Assembly (NCBI GenBank): GCA_964439935.1
Contig: CAYTPW010000007.1
Coordinates: forward strand, 33,932-97,931
Direction of reading: 5' to 3'
DNA from: an uncultured bacterium
GTDB taxonomy: Bacteria > Fidelibacterota > Marinisomatia > Marinisomatales > TCS56
Length of the DNA: 64,000 nucleotides
In this document: positions 10,202 through 20,187 of the stretch, piece after piece
Numbering within the stretch: position 1 is the stretch's first letter
How the letters are laid out: each line of letters starts with the position of its first letter
The notes under the pieces: model-generated
Database searches by the model: none
The model's input: the letters and a program-made list of their open reading frames with translations, nothing else
What the model was told of the DNA's origin: nothing
Made by a program: the position numbers and the translations under genes

Positions 10202-10689
10202 AAAATATATAGTGTTGGGTCTACATGATAAATGAACGGTTCGAGACAGGATTTAGAATGACATCTCATGTTTATTCTTTGTCAATTTTGTTTAATAGTT
10301 GTTAGCACTAACCTTTCGAAAGTTTCGAACTTGCGCAATGTTTTAGAACTAAATAATCCCCAAAATTGAATTATTATTTCAACCTCAATATCATTTGCGA
10401 TGGAAAATTTATAACCTGGTATGGTGACAGAAGTCAAATGGGTGCGGTACAAAAACCTAGAACTAAGAACCTGGAACCTAAAATTTATCTACACTTTTTC
10501 CACTCACTCCCGTCCCCTATCTTCCTAATGAGTGGTCCCAAATCATCACGAACTACAGGTAAATCATATAGTATCTCAAATGTTTTGGCCAGTACTGATC
10601 TGGTGATTGAAAGCACTGGAATACTAATCAGGTAATGATGAAATTCAGGGTGGAAAATTTTAATAATCAATAATAAAAGTGGGTAAAAA

Positions 10690-12576
10690 ATGAAACGTAT
10701 GCGCCTAATGATTAGTTTAGTTTTAATTGCGATTTTAGTCTTATCAGGATTGATTGCTAAACCGGAGACATTGATTCGTTCCGAGATTCCGGATGAGTAT
10801 AAATGGGATCTAACTGATGTTTATAAAAGTTGGGATGAATGGGAAGCCGAGTTTGCTGAATTAGAAACGAAGATGGACGAATATGCAGCCTACAAAGGTC
10901 GTCTCTCTGAAAGCTCAGCTGTTCTTCTGGAAACATTCAAACTGGGTGATGAGTTAGGATTGCTGGCAGATCGGCTCTACAGTTTTGTGTCTATGAGCCT
11001 TCATACTGATACCCGTGATAATGATATCTCCGCCAAACTGCAGCGAGTGCAGATCATGTTTTCGAAATTCGGAACAGCCACAGCCTGGTTCGATCCGGAA
11101 ATGTTAAACATTCCCTGGGATACGATGGAGCAATGGCTGGAAATCGAAGAAGGATTGGTTATTTACCGTCATGGTATTGTCAATCTATATCGGCAACAAG
11201 CCCATGTTTTGGATGAACGTGGTGAAGAATTATTGTCCTATTTCTCCAGTTTTGCGCGTACCCCACGCTCGATCCATTCTGAATTATCAACCTCCGATAT
11301 CGATTTCCCCGATGTAACACTCGGTGATGGTGACACAATTACCGTTACCCCCGGACAATATGGTCTGGTTTTAAGTACCAACCGTAACCAGGCAGACCGG
11401 GAAATGGTATTTTTAGCCCGGAACGGACTTTATAATGAAAATATCAATACCTATGCTGCTACCTACAACGGCATTTGTCAGCGAGATTGGGCATTCGCCC
11501 AGGCGCGCAAATATAATTCAACCCTGGGAGCTAGCCTTGAAGGTGATAATGTGCCGGTCGATGTATACGAAAACCTGGTCAAAATGGTCGGTGAAGGTAC
11601 CGAGCCACTAAAACGGTATCACCAGGCAAGGAAAGAAGCTTTGAAACTGGATGAGTATCATCTCTATGACAGTTCCATACCGGTGGTTGATTTTGACAAG
11701 ACATATGAATATGACAGTGTTACAGAAATTATTATTAATTCCGTGGCACCATTGGGTAAAGATTATCAAGCTAAACTGAAGACAGCCTTTGCCGGTGGTT
11801 GGGTAGATGTCTATGAAAATGAGGGTAAACGTGGCGGTGCATACTCCGGCGGTGTTTACGGGGTTCATCCTTATATGCTTCTGAATTACAGCGATACGAT
11901 AGATGATGTATTTACTCTGGCGCATGAGATGGGACATACAATTCATACGATGCAGGCAAATGAGAATCAGCCATTTGCCACAACGCGGTATACATTGTTT
12001 GTTGCTGAAGTCTCTTCAACTATGGCCGAAGCCCTGCTTTTGGAGTATATGTTAGCACAGGCTAAGGACCCAAAGGAGAAAATTACTTTGTTATCACACG
12101 CAATTGATAATATCGCCAGTACCTTTTATACTCAGGTGATGTTTGCCGATTTTGAATTGCAGGCTCACCGTCTGGCCGAGCAGGGTCAACCGATTACTGC
12201 TGAGGTGCTCAATGGTATCTATGCTGGCCTGCTGGACCAATATTACGGTGAGGGTGTCTATCACGACGAATTGTATGATATCACCTGGGCAAGAATCCCG
12301 CATTTTTATTTCTATCCCTATTATGTCTACCAATATGCAACTTGCTTTGCTTCCTCGGCACAGTTGTTTAAAGAAATCAACACCGGTAAAAAGCGGGACC
12401 GGAAACAGGCAGTCGAGCAGTACCTGGATTTATTGAAAGCCGGTGGTAATGATTACCCCATGGAACAATTAAAGGAAGCTGGGGTTGATCTGACTCAACC
12501 GGACACTTTCCAAGCTGTGATTGATCACCTTGATGAACTGGTGACGAAATTTGAACAGGAGCTTGCTAAATTATAA
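10690..12576 (+). CDS. pepF: M3B family oligoendopeptidase (PepF-like), secreted
   Basis: 628 aa with an N-terminal signal/TM segment. The zinc motif is HEMGH, and overall length is PepF-like. Confidence 0.75.
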   Translation: MKRMRLMISLVLIAILVLSGLIAKPETLIRSEIPDEYKWDLTDVYKSWDEWEAEFAELETKMDEYAAYKGRLSESSAVLLETFKLGDELGLLADRLYSFVSMSLHTDTRDNDISAKLQRVQIMFSKFGTATAWFDPEMLNIPWDTMEQWLEIEEGLVIYRHGIVNLYRQQAHVLDERGEELLSYFSSFARTPRSIHSELSTSDIDFPDVTLGDGDTITVTPGQYGLVLSTNRNQADREMVFLARNGLYNENINTYAATYNGICQRDWAFAQARKYNSTLGASLEGDNVPVDVYENLVKMVGEGTEPLKRYHQARKEALKLDEYHLYDSSIPVVDFDKTYEYDSVTEIIINSVAPLGKDYQAKLKTAFAGGWVDVYENEGKRGGAYSGGVYGVHPYMLLNYSDTIDDVFTLAHEMGHTIHTMQANENQPFATTRYTLFVAEVSSTMAEALLLEYMLAQAKDPKEKITLLSHAIDNIASTFYTQVMFADFELQAHRLAEQGQPITAEVLNGIYAGLLDQYYGEGVYHDELYDITWARIPHFYFYPYYVYQYATCFASSAQLFKEINTGKKRDRKQAVEQYLDLLKAGGNDYPMEQLKEAGVDLTQPDTFQAVIDHLDELVTKFEQELAKL

Positions 12577-12600
12577 TCGTTTGGGGACGATAAGATAAAG

Positions 12601-12633
12601 AAAAGGGGCTGATCAGATTGACAGCCCCTTTTT
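12601..12633. terminator. bidirectional Rho-independent terminator
   Basis: AAAA-GGGGCTG-(10-nt loop)-CAGCCCC-TTTTT, located between the convergent pepF-like and DUF4097-like genes. Confidence 0.7.
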
Positions 12634-12651
12634 AAATAGTTATTGTCTCAA

Positions 12652-13872
12652 TCAACTCTTTTTTATCGTAATATTCCCGTTGGTGGTTTTTATCTTTATT
12701 AGATGAGTGCCTTTACCAACAACACCACTGCCAAGGATTTTTTTACGAGGTTCCCCGAACATGAATGAACGTTCCCACTCATCCGATTCTTCGATCGTAA
12801 GGTCATAATCGCTTTGAATTTGATAATTATGTCTGCTTTTACGGGTAAAGGCTAATTCAATGTCAAATTCCATATCCATACCATCCGGAATAACCAGGAC
12901 GACATCACCACCGAAAGATGTTAATTGAACATGTCGTTCACCGACGCTAGGATCACCGATCATATTAACTTCAATATCACCACCCATGGTGGTACCTTTC
13001 ATCCACCCGTCCAGGGCATCCACTTCAATATCACCGCCCATGGTTTTGGCTTTTACGTAAACGTTGGCTGATTTAATATAAATATCACCACCCATGGTGT
13101 GGACGTCTGCACCCATTGTTGCTTCTTTAACATCGATATCGCCACCCATGGTTGATACATCTACTTCGGTTCCACTGGCATCGATATTGCCACCCATCGT
13201 TGAGGCACTCACTGACTGGTTCTTAGAATGAATGTCGATATTGCCACCCATTGTGGATGTTTCGATTGAACCACCGTCACGCGAAGTCACATTTTTATAG
13301 ACAACGTTGCCACCCATGGTTTTACCTTTAAGATCACCAACCACGTCGCGGATGGTAACCGTACCACCCATCGTTTTCACCAGTCCATCCACTTCTGAAT
13401 TTCTAACATCGATGTCACCCCCCATGGTCACGAAATGTAGGTCGCCGGTCAATCTTACAAATTCCATATCACCGCCCATAGTTTCACCTTCCATATTTCC
13501 AGTGATATTAGTAATGGAAAAATCGCCACCTTTTGATTCCAAATCCATGTCAAAATGGTCTGGAACCATGATCTCAAAATCCATGCTGCAGTGATTATCC
13601 CAATTGGAAAATTCGCTTTCGGCTATTACATAGATGTTGTCAGAACGCTGCTCGATATTCAAATCAATATCATCACAATCAGTGCCATGGTATGTCACTA
13701 TAACACTTGCGATTTCTTTTTCCCAGCCGGTTACTTTGACGTCACCGCCAATTTCGATATCAATGAATAATGTATTCCCAGGTTTAACGGTGAATTCTTT
13801 TTCGATTGTTTCAGCCGGTGTCCAGGATGTTATTAATGTAATTGTCAGGATTGCCAGGATGTTTCGTCCCAT
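12652..13872 (-). CDS. DUF4097-like beta-helical repeat protein (putative adhesin fold), secreted
   Basis: 406 aa with a signal peptide. It has 10 exact TMGG(D/N)(I/V) repeats plus variants (TMGADV, SFGGDV) spaced about 15-25 aa apart. Confidence 0.6.
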   Translation of the reverse strand: MGRNILAILTITLITSWTPAETIEKEFTVKPGNTLFIDIEIGGDVKVTGWEKEIASVIVTYHGTDCDDIDLNIEQRSDNIYVIAESEFSNWDNHCSMDFEIMVPDHFDMDLESKGGDFSITNITGNMEGETMGGDMEFVRLTGDLHFVTMGGDIDVRNSEVDGLVKTMGGTVTIRDVVGDLKGKTMGGNVVYKNVTSRDGGSIETSTMGGNIDIHSKNQSVSASTMGGNIDASGTEVDVSTMGGDIDVKEATMGADVHTMGGDIYIKSANVYVKAKTMGGDIEVDALDGWMKGTTMGGDIEVNMIGDPSVGERHVQLTSFGGDVVLVIPDGMDMEFDIELAFTRKSRHNYQIQSDYDLTIEESDEWERSFMFGEPRKKILGSGVVGKGTHLIKIKTTNGNITIKKS

Positions 13873-13957
13873 GATGTTATCCTATAATGTCTTATTGTTG
13901 TTGTCAATTTAAGCTCAAATTAGTTTAGTAGACCTAGTAAACTCAATTCTGTATTGA

Positions 13958-14029
13958 TTAAAAAAAGAACGGACTGAACGCTGCCACGATCATTAGAATT
14001 GGTATCAGGATTTCGATTAACTTTTTCAT
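13958..14029 (-). CDS. possible 23-aa hydrophobic micro-protein (MKKLIEILIPILMIVAAFSPFFF)
   Basis: An ATG is preceded by GGAGA at 6-nt spacing. The product is one predicted TM helix. It lies 85 nt upstream of the DUF4097-like gene on the same strand. It is below the ORF-track cutoff, and I found it by hand translation. Confidence 0.3.
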   Translation of the reverse strand: MKKLIEILIPILMIVAAFSPFFF

Positions 14030-14142
14030 GATTATCTCCAGTTTTCGTATAATATGACAATTAGGAGAGTAAATAGTTGTCTGCAAAAATTGGCAACCGA
14101 ATTAATTATAGGCTAATCTGAATTAGCTAAGAATTATGCCGT

Positions 14143-14967
14143 TTATATTGTGATAGTCAATCCTTCCCGGGCCGATACGGTATTTGCGAAGATTGATTGG
14201 CAATCCTTTTCCATTTGTAAGAGAAAATCGTCATTGTGCTCCGGGTCGTGGTGAAATAGCACCAGTTTCCTAACCTCAGCTTCTGATGCAACCTGGCCGG
14301 CCTGTTCCCAGCTGCTGTGTCCCCAGCCAACTTTGGAATTAAGCTCCTCCGGAGTGTATTGAGCATCATGGATTAATAGATCAGCCTTATGTGCCAATTC
14401 TACTACTTCCGGATTAATATGGTCTCCATGTTCTACATCAGTACAATAGACTATGGTTTTTCCGTTTTCATCAATTCGGTAGCCATACGCACCGCCAGGA
14501 TGATTATGTAATGAAGCATCCAAATTGATCCCCCGTAATTGATTGACTTTTGCCACATCAGGTTCCCAAAACGAAAAAGTAGCACCCATGGCGTGCAATG
14601 GTATTGGGAAATATTCATGTTCCATCTGAGCGGCAAAAATACTTTGTAAACCAGTACGGGTGTTGTCCCGGCTACCAATGGATATTGTAAAATGTCGACG
14701 GGGATCATAGGCCGGTTTAAAAAACGGAAAGCCTTGGATATGGTCCCAGTGAGTATGAGATAATCCTAGAATCATATCATCGAATTGTTTATTCTCCTGT
14801 GCGATAAGATCATTACCCAGCTTACGAATGCCGGTCCCTGCATCCAAAATAGCAACCCGACCATTGTTAAAAGTGATAAGGATACAAGCTGTATTTCCTC
14901 CGAACTCAATATAATCTGGCTCGGAAACCGGTATAGATCCCCGAGTGCCATAGAATGTTATTTTCAT
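14143..14967 (-). CDS. MBL-fold metallo-hydrolase
   Basis: 274 aa with the HTHWDH metal-binding motif. Confidence 0.75.
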   Translation of the reverse strand: MKITFYGTRGSIPVSEPDYIEFGGNTACILITFNNGRVAILDAGTGIRKLGNDLIAQENKQFDDMILGLSHTHWDHIQGFPFFKPAYDPRRHFTISIGSRDNTRTGLQSIFAAQMEHEYFPIPLHAMGATFSFWEPDVAKVNQLRGINLDASLHNHPGGAYGYRIDENGKTIVYCTDVEHGDHINPEVVELAHKADLLIHDAQYTPEELNSKVGWGHSSWEQAGQVASEAEVRKLVLFHHDPEHNDDFLLQMEKDCQSIFANTVSAREGLTITI

Positions 14968-15155
14968 GTATCTCCCCAGAATCTAAACAAACCTTAATAC
15001 CAATTGTGTAATTTAGCACAATAAATCTCAATGATTCAAATTAGTCCAACGTTTATGCAATTGACGATTCGAGAGATTAGTAAGTGATAATTTGTTAAGT
15101 GAATTGTTTATTTCCGCGTTTGAGCTTGGTTTAACACAGACGTAATTTTGCTGCC

Positions 15156-17870
15156 ATGACTGAACCGCAATCCGACCGAAAGAAATTGTTTTTAATAGAT
15201 GGCTACGCCCTGCTATATCGAGCCCATTTTGCCTTTATCCGTAATCCTTTAATCACCAGCTATGGTCTCCATACCAGTGCTTTATTTGGATTCGTGAATC
15301 AGGTTTTCCGTTTGTTGAATGCTGAAAAGCCTGAGTTTCTCGTGGCAGTTTTCGATGCCAAGGAGAAAACTTTTCGCCATGAGCGCTACCCGGAGTATAA
15401 GGCAACACGGGAAAAGATGCCCGATGAACTGGTCGATCAGTTACCTCAGCTCTGGAATTTGTTGGATGCAATGAATATTGTTACCATCACCAAACCGGGA
15501 TTCGAAGCCGATGATATTATTGGAACATTGGTCACACAGGCTCCCAAGCATGGATTGGATGCCTATATCGTTAGTGGCGATAAAGATTTTATGCAGTTGG
15601 TAAATGAGCACGTATTTCTTTATACTACCGTCCGCCGTACTCATGAAACCGTAATCTATGATCGTCAGGGCGTGATCAACCGGTGGGGCGTTCCACCCGA
15701 GAAAATTATTGATCTCCTGGGATTAATGGGAGATTCATCTGACAATATTCCCGGCGTGAAAGGTGTCGGTGAAAAATCGGCTGTCAAACTGTTACAGGAG
15801 TACGGTTCGCTGGAGGATGCGCTGGTAAATGCTGAAAAAATAACGAATAAACGGGTCCGGAACGGTTTGCTGGAATGTCAGGAAGCCGCCCTGTTGAGCA
15901 AGGAATTGGTAACAATTGTAACTGACATGGAATTGGGATTGGATATACCCGACCTGGAACGGCAGGATTTCGATTTTGATGCTGTTGAGGATCTGTTCCG
16001 CGTTTTGGAATTCAGCGCCATGAATCAACAATTGGAGATTCAACGTGGGAACGAGACAAACAAAAAAATAAAAAAAGATTACCAACCGTTAACTGATCCG
16101 GCTGATTTGAAATCCTGGCTTGGCCAGCTTGTATCGAACGGAATCCTTTCCATAGATCTTGAGACTACATCGGTGGAACCAATGCTGGCTCAAATTGTCG
16201 GGATCAGCCTCGCATACCAGGCCGATACTGGTGTATACATTCCAGTTGATTATTTGAATAAAACCCGAAATAATTTCGGTGATGATGAACTGGCGGCGGT
16301 GCTAGAAATTATCGGACCTATCCTGGAAGACCCGCAGCTGCCTAAGACCGGACAGAATATCAAATATGATGCATTGATCCTCAAGCGCCATGGCGTTGAT
16401 CTACATGGGATCGTTTTTGACACAATGATTGCTGCCCATTTAATAAAGCCAGAATTGCGTTCTTACAAATTGGATAATCTCAGTTTGGAATATCTGAACT
16501 ATACCATGCAGCCGATTACTGATCTGATTGGAAAAGGAAAAAATCAGATCACCTTTAATCAAGTAGAACTGGATAAGGCCGTTTTCTATGCTGCAGAGGA
16601 TGCCGATATAGCAGGGCAATTGACGCCTCTTTTTCAGGCTGAATTGAATAAATCTGGCTTGGTAGATTTTTATAACACAATTGAAATTCCCTTGATTGCT
16701 GTCCTAACCAGGATGGAGTATAATGGTGTATATGTTGACCGGGACATGTTATTGAATATGTCAAATGAATTTGGAATTAAAATCACAGACCTGATTGCGG
16801 ATATTCACCAGGCTGCTGGTATGGAATTTAATATCAATTCGACACAACAACTGGCGCAAGTTATGTTTGATGTGCTGGGACTGAAAGCGGTAAAAAAACG
16901 TTCCACAGCTGAAAATGTGCTGGAAGCATTGAAAAACGATCATCCTTTACCGGGTTTGATGCTGGAGTATCGTAAACTGGCGAAACTGAAATCCACTTAT
17001 CTGGATGCCCTGGTTGAATTGATCCATCCCGAAACGGATCGGATTCACACTACTTTTAACCAGACAATTGCAGCTACCGGCCGGTTGTCGAGCACCAATC
17101 CCAATTTCCAGAATATACCAATCCGAAGAGAGGAGGGACGTGAAATCCGGAAAGCGTTTCGGCCACAGGAGCCAGGTTGGAAAATTCTAGCAGCTGACTA
17201 TTCCCAGATCGAATTAAGAATTATGGCTCACCTCAGCGCCGATCCTGGCCTGATTGAAGCATTCACTAATAACGAAGATATACATACCCGCACAGCCAGT
17301 TTGGTATTCGGTGTTCCCAAGGAAGATGTACTGCCGGAAATGCGTCGTACTGCCAAGATCGTAAATTTTGGTATCATGTATGGAGCCGGACCCTTCCGCA
17401 TGAGTCAGGAACTGGGCGTTCCACGGGTTGAAGCACAGTACTTGATCGACTCATATTTTAAACAGTATGTGGGAATCAGGGATTATATCGATCGAACTTT
17501 GGAACAGGCTCGCAACGAAAAATATGTTCAAACAATTTTAGGGCGTAGACGATCAGTCTGGGATTGCAGCAGTGATAATCGTATGCGGCGCGAAGCGGCG
17601 GAGCGGATGGCTATTAATATGCCGATCCAGGGCACGGCGGCTGAAATGATTAAACTGGCCATGATCAAAATTGATGAGCAATTAATCCAGCGTGGTCTGA
17701 AATCGAAAATGATCCTGCAGGTTCATGATGAATTACTGTTTGAGATACCGGAGAATGAATTGGATGAGATGAGTGACATTGTAGTCAGTGAAATGGAAAA
17801 TGCTCTGCCCCTCAATATTCCAATCGTTGTAGATTTAGGCGTAGGAAAAAACTGGTTTGAAGCCCATTGA
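15156..17870 (+). CDS. polA: DNA polymerase I
   Basis: 904 aa with a 5'-nuclease N-domain and a 3'-5' exo-like middle domain. Pol motifs are DYSQIELR (motif A) and QVHDELLFE (motif C). Confidence 0.95.
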   Translation: MTEPQSDRKKLFLIDGYALLYRAHFAFIRNPLITSYGLHTSALFGFVNQVFRLLNAEKPEFLVAVFDAKEKTFRHERYPEYKATREKMPDELVDQLPQLWNLLDAMNIVTITKPGFEADDIIGTLVTQAPKHGLDAYIVSGDKDFMQLVNEHVFLYTTVRRTHETVIYDRQGVINRWGVPPEKIIDLLGLMGDSSDNIPGVKGVGEKSAVKLLQEYGSLEDALVNAEKITNKRVRNGLLECQEAALLSKELVTIVTDMELGLDIPDLERQDFDFDAVEDLFRVLEFSAMNQQLEIQRGNETNKKIKKDYQPLTDPADLKSWLGQLVSNGILSIDLETTSVEPMLAQIVGISLAYQADTGVYIPVDYLNKTRNNFGDDELAAVLEIIGPILEDPQLPKTGQNIKYDALILKRHGVDLHGIVFDTMIAAHLIKPELRSYKLDNLSLEYLNYTMQPITDLIGKGKNQITFNQVELDKAVFYAAEDADIAGQLTPLFQAELNKSGLVDFYNTIEIPLIAVLTRMEYNGVYVDRDMLLNMSNEFGIKITDLIADIHQAAGMEFNINSTQQLAQVMFDVLGLKAVKKRSTAENVLEALKNDHPLPGLMLEYRKLAKLKSTYLDALVELIHPETDRIHTTFNQTIAATGRLSSTNPNFQNIPIRREEGREIRKAFRPQEPGWKILAADYSQIELRIMAHLSADPGLIEAFTNNEDIHTRTASLVFGVPKEDVLPEMRRTAKIVNFGIMYGAGPFRMSQELGVPRVEAQYLIDSYFKQYVGIRDYIDRTLEQARNEKYVQTILGRRRSVWDCSSDNRMRREAAERMAINMPIQGTAAEMIKLAMIKIDEQLIQRGLKSKMILQVHDELLFEIPENELDEMSDIVVSEMENALPLNIPIVVDLGVGKNWFEAH

Positions 17871-17946
17871 ACCAGGTGTCCAAAGCTGGAGATCAGCAGA
17901 CCTGCTGAAAATTATCCCGCTTTATTAACTATCTACTTATCTGAAT

Positions 17947-18873
17947 ATGGAAGCGAGTATAACATTAAAGAAAGTTGGTAAACTGGCCGGCGGCCAAACG
18001 ATTCTGGCCGGAATGTCATTTGGAGTGGAACGAGGCTCTCTGGTTGCGGTTGTTGGTGATAATGACTCGGGCAAATCCACTTTGTTACGTGTCCTGGCTG
18101 GTTATGAGCGACCCGAATACGGAAACGTTTATGTAAACGGTCTGGACATGGTCAAACGCCGGAATGAGACTTGTCGGTTAGTTGCTTATGTACCTCATGA
18201 ACCGGATTTTGATCCCTGGTTGACGATTCAACAGAATATCCAGTTCATTGGAATGCTGCACAAGATACCAACTGATAAACTTGAGCACAGAATCGCTGGT
18301 TACTGTAAACGTTTGGGTATTGAGGATTTCCTCGATGCCACTACCAGTGATATATCCTTAGGCATCCAGAAACGCGCCCTGATAGTCCGTGCTCTTATTC
18401 AGAAACCGCAAATTTTGATAATCGATGAACCGACCGCGTTCATGGATGCAGATGCTCGACGGCAGGTGTGGGAGTTGTTAATGGAAATGCGCAAAAAGCG
18501 CACAATTATTTATGCCAGCCAAGATTTAGCCGAAGTTGAGCTGGCTAACGATCGCATCTTGGTTCTGCATAATGGTCATATGGTTTTGGATGGAACACTG
18601 GAAAAGCTGTTGGCTACCACCAGTCGCTATCACCAATTTAAAGTTGAATTTGAACATCTGACTGACGATCTTTATCAGCAATTGTCAAATATATCAACTG
18701 TGGTGAATCCCAGCCGCGTTGGGGAAACTTTCCATTTTTATGGCCGCTCACGGCGAGTTTTTTTTCACGTCCTCAAGAAAGCTACTGAAGCTGTTATGAC
18801 TGATTTCTCAGTCAATACTCTGGGTCTGAAAGATTTGATGGATACGAATTACGCCAGGAAAGGACTGGAATGA
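17947..18873 (+). CDS. ABC transporter ATP-binding protein
   Basis: Walker A is GDNDSGKST and Walker B is ILIIDEP, with a degenerate signature motif. Confidence 0.85.
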   Translation: MEASITLKKVGKLAGGQTILAGMSFGVERGSLVAVVGDNDSGKSTLLRVLAGYERPEYGNVYVNGLDMVKRRNETCRLVAYVPHEPDFDPWLTIQQNIQFIGMLHKIPTDKLEHRIAGYCKRLGIEDFLDATTSDISLGIQKRALIVRALIQKPQILIIDEPTAFMDADARRQVWELLMEMRKKRTIIYASQDLAEVELANDRILVLHNGHMVLDGTLEKLLATTSRYHQFKVEFEHLTDDLYQQLSNISTVVNPSRVGETFHFYGRSRRVFFHVLKKATEAVMTDFSVNTLGLKDLMDTNYARKGLE

Positions 18874-19619
18874 TTACCGCTTTTCTGATTCGTCGCTGGT
18901 GGTTGACTCAAAACCGAATTCTATCTTCTATTGCCTTGGCTTTGGTCACACCGGTACTTCTGTATATATCAATTGTTACAGTGTTGAATAATGTTATTGT
19001 GCGTTCTATCGATGGAATCGCTTATGATCACTGGGTTTACCCGGGTTTGGTCATGATTTTAGCCATAATTGGTCTGTTTCCCCTGTTGTATCGTGATTTT
19101 TTTGATTTGCGAATTCACCGGAAAATTCTCCAACCGATCACACTGGCACCGGTAACTAAAATGGAAATAGTGGCTGGTATCGGATTAACTGCCATCGTTG
19201 AATCTCTAATCTATGTTGTGATTAGTATTACTGTGCTTTCAATACTGATCTCGACTCCATTTTCCTGGCTCGATTATTTAACTTTGATCCTGTATCTAAC
19301 AATATTCAACGGTGTGATGGCCAATCTTTTCATTACAGTTGGGCTATTGGTAGAACGAGTAACAACCTATATGGTAGTGGTCCTGGGTTTAATTGTATTC
19401 ATTTTATTTGGATCCGGAATTCTAATTGAATTCGAATTTTATCCGTCAATTATGAGTACATTTTTCTCCAGCCTCCCTACCAGTGTATTGATGCGTGGCC
19501 TGCGCTCGTGTTTATTTTTTGACCGTTTTGATTGGACCACAATTATCTATCCGATTGTCCTGATTCTGGCTTGGTTCTTTTTAAACAGCATTCTGCTTAA
19601 AATTAAATCAAAACAATGA
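18870..19619 (+). CDS. ABC-2 type transporter permease
   Basis: 249 aa with about 6 hydrophobic segments. Its start overlaps the ATPase stop (ATGA). Confidence 0.7.
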   Translation: MITAFLIRRWWLTQNRILSSIALALVTPVLLYISIVTVLNNVIVRSIDGIAYDHWVYPGLVMILAIIGLFPLLYRDFFDLRIHRKILQPITLAPVTKMEIVAGIGLTAIVESLIYVVISITVLSILISTPFSWLDYLTLILYLTIFNGVMANLFITVGLLVERVTTYMVVVLGLIVFILFGSGILIEFEFYPSIMSTFFSSLPTSVLMRGLRSCLFFDRFDWTTIIYPIVLILAWFFLNSILLKIKSKQ

Positions 19620-20083
19620 AAGCCTACCTTTCCGGCGCAATGGAAAATGTTCCTGATGAGGGACAATCCTGGCGGTCTGGAATTGAAATTTGGTTGAGCA
19701 AAAAACTTGGTCATACTGTGTTCAATCCGGTTTCCGAAACTAAAAAAAGAGTTGACAGCCAACAGGCCCACACGTACAGAACCTGGAAAAAAACTGATCT
19801 GAATCGATTCAGGAACTTCATCCGGCAATTGGTGGAACATGATATAGCCGCCGTTCAAAATGATTGTGATTATATAATCTGTTTCTGGGATGAGGCTGCC
19901 GCTCAGGGTGGTGGAACTCAGGGGGAAGTCACAATTGCCTATCAAGCGGGTAAGCCTGTATATTTGGTTTGCGGACTATCAACAGACGAAATAAGTGGTT
20001 GGATTCTGGCCTGTGCAACCGAACTGTTCGATTCATTCGCTGATTTAAAACAATTCCTGACGGACAAATATAGCGACAGTTAA
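19616..20083 (+). CDS. nucleoside 2-deoxyribosyltransferase-like (Rossmann-like) protein
   Basis: 155 aa. The N-terminal YLSGAME and the later D-x7-CDYIICFWD...GGGTQGEV-x5-GKPVYL pattern resemble the NDT/DUF4406 fold. Its start overlaps the permease stop (ATGA). Confidence 0.45.
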   Translation: MKAYLSGAMENVPDEGQSWRSGIEIWLSKKLGHTVFNPVSETKKRVDSQQAHTYRTWKKTDLNRFRNFIRQLVEHDIAAVQNDCDYIICFWDEAAAQGGGTQGEVTIAYQAGKPVYLVCGLSTDEISGWILACATELFDSFADLKQFLTDKYSDS

Positions 20084-20187
20084 CTGTTCTAACCTTCAAT
20101 AGATTACAGACAGTAATCAGAATCGTGTTTTATTTGCTTTGTCGGATTTTATATCCGCTGTTTCCGCGAAGTGCTTTAACTTTGATT

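Noticed and set aside
10366-10670. Overlapping opposite-strand ORFs (89 aa and 61 aa) in the spacer before pepF.
   Set aside because: Both start at TTG without an RBS, and they overlap each other. I recognise no motifs. The spacer itself is reported as a finding instead.
12950-13500. Periodic CCACCCATGG-type DNA repeats that superficially resemble a repeat array.
   Set aside because: The spacing is irregular (45-75 nt), and the repeats lie in frame within one long ORF encoding TMGG units. This is not a CRISPR or a non-coding array.
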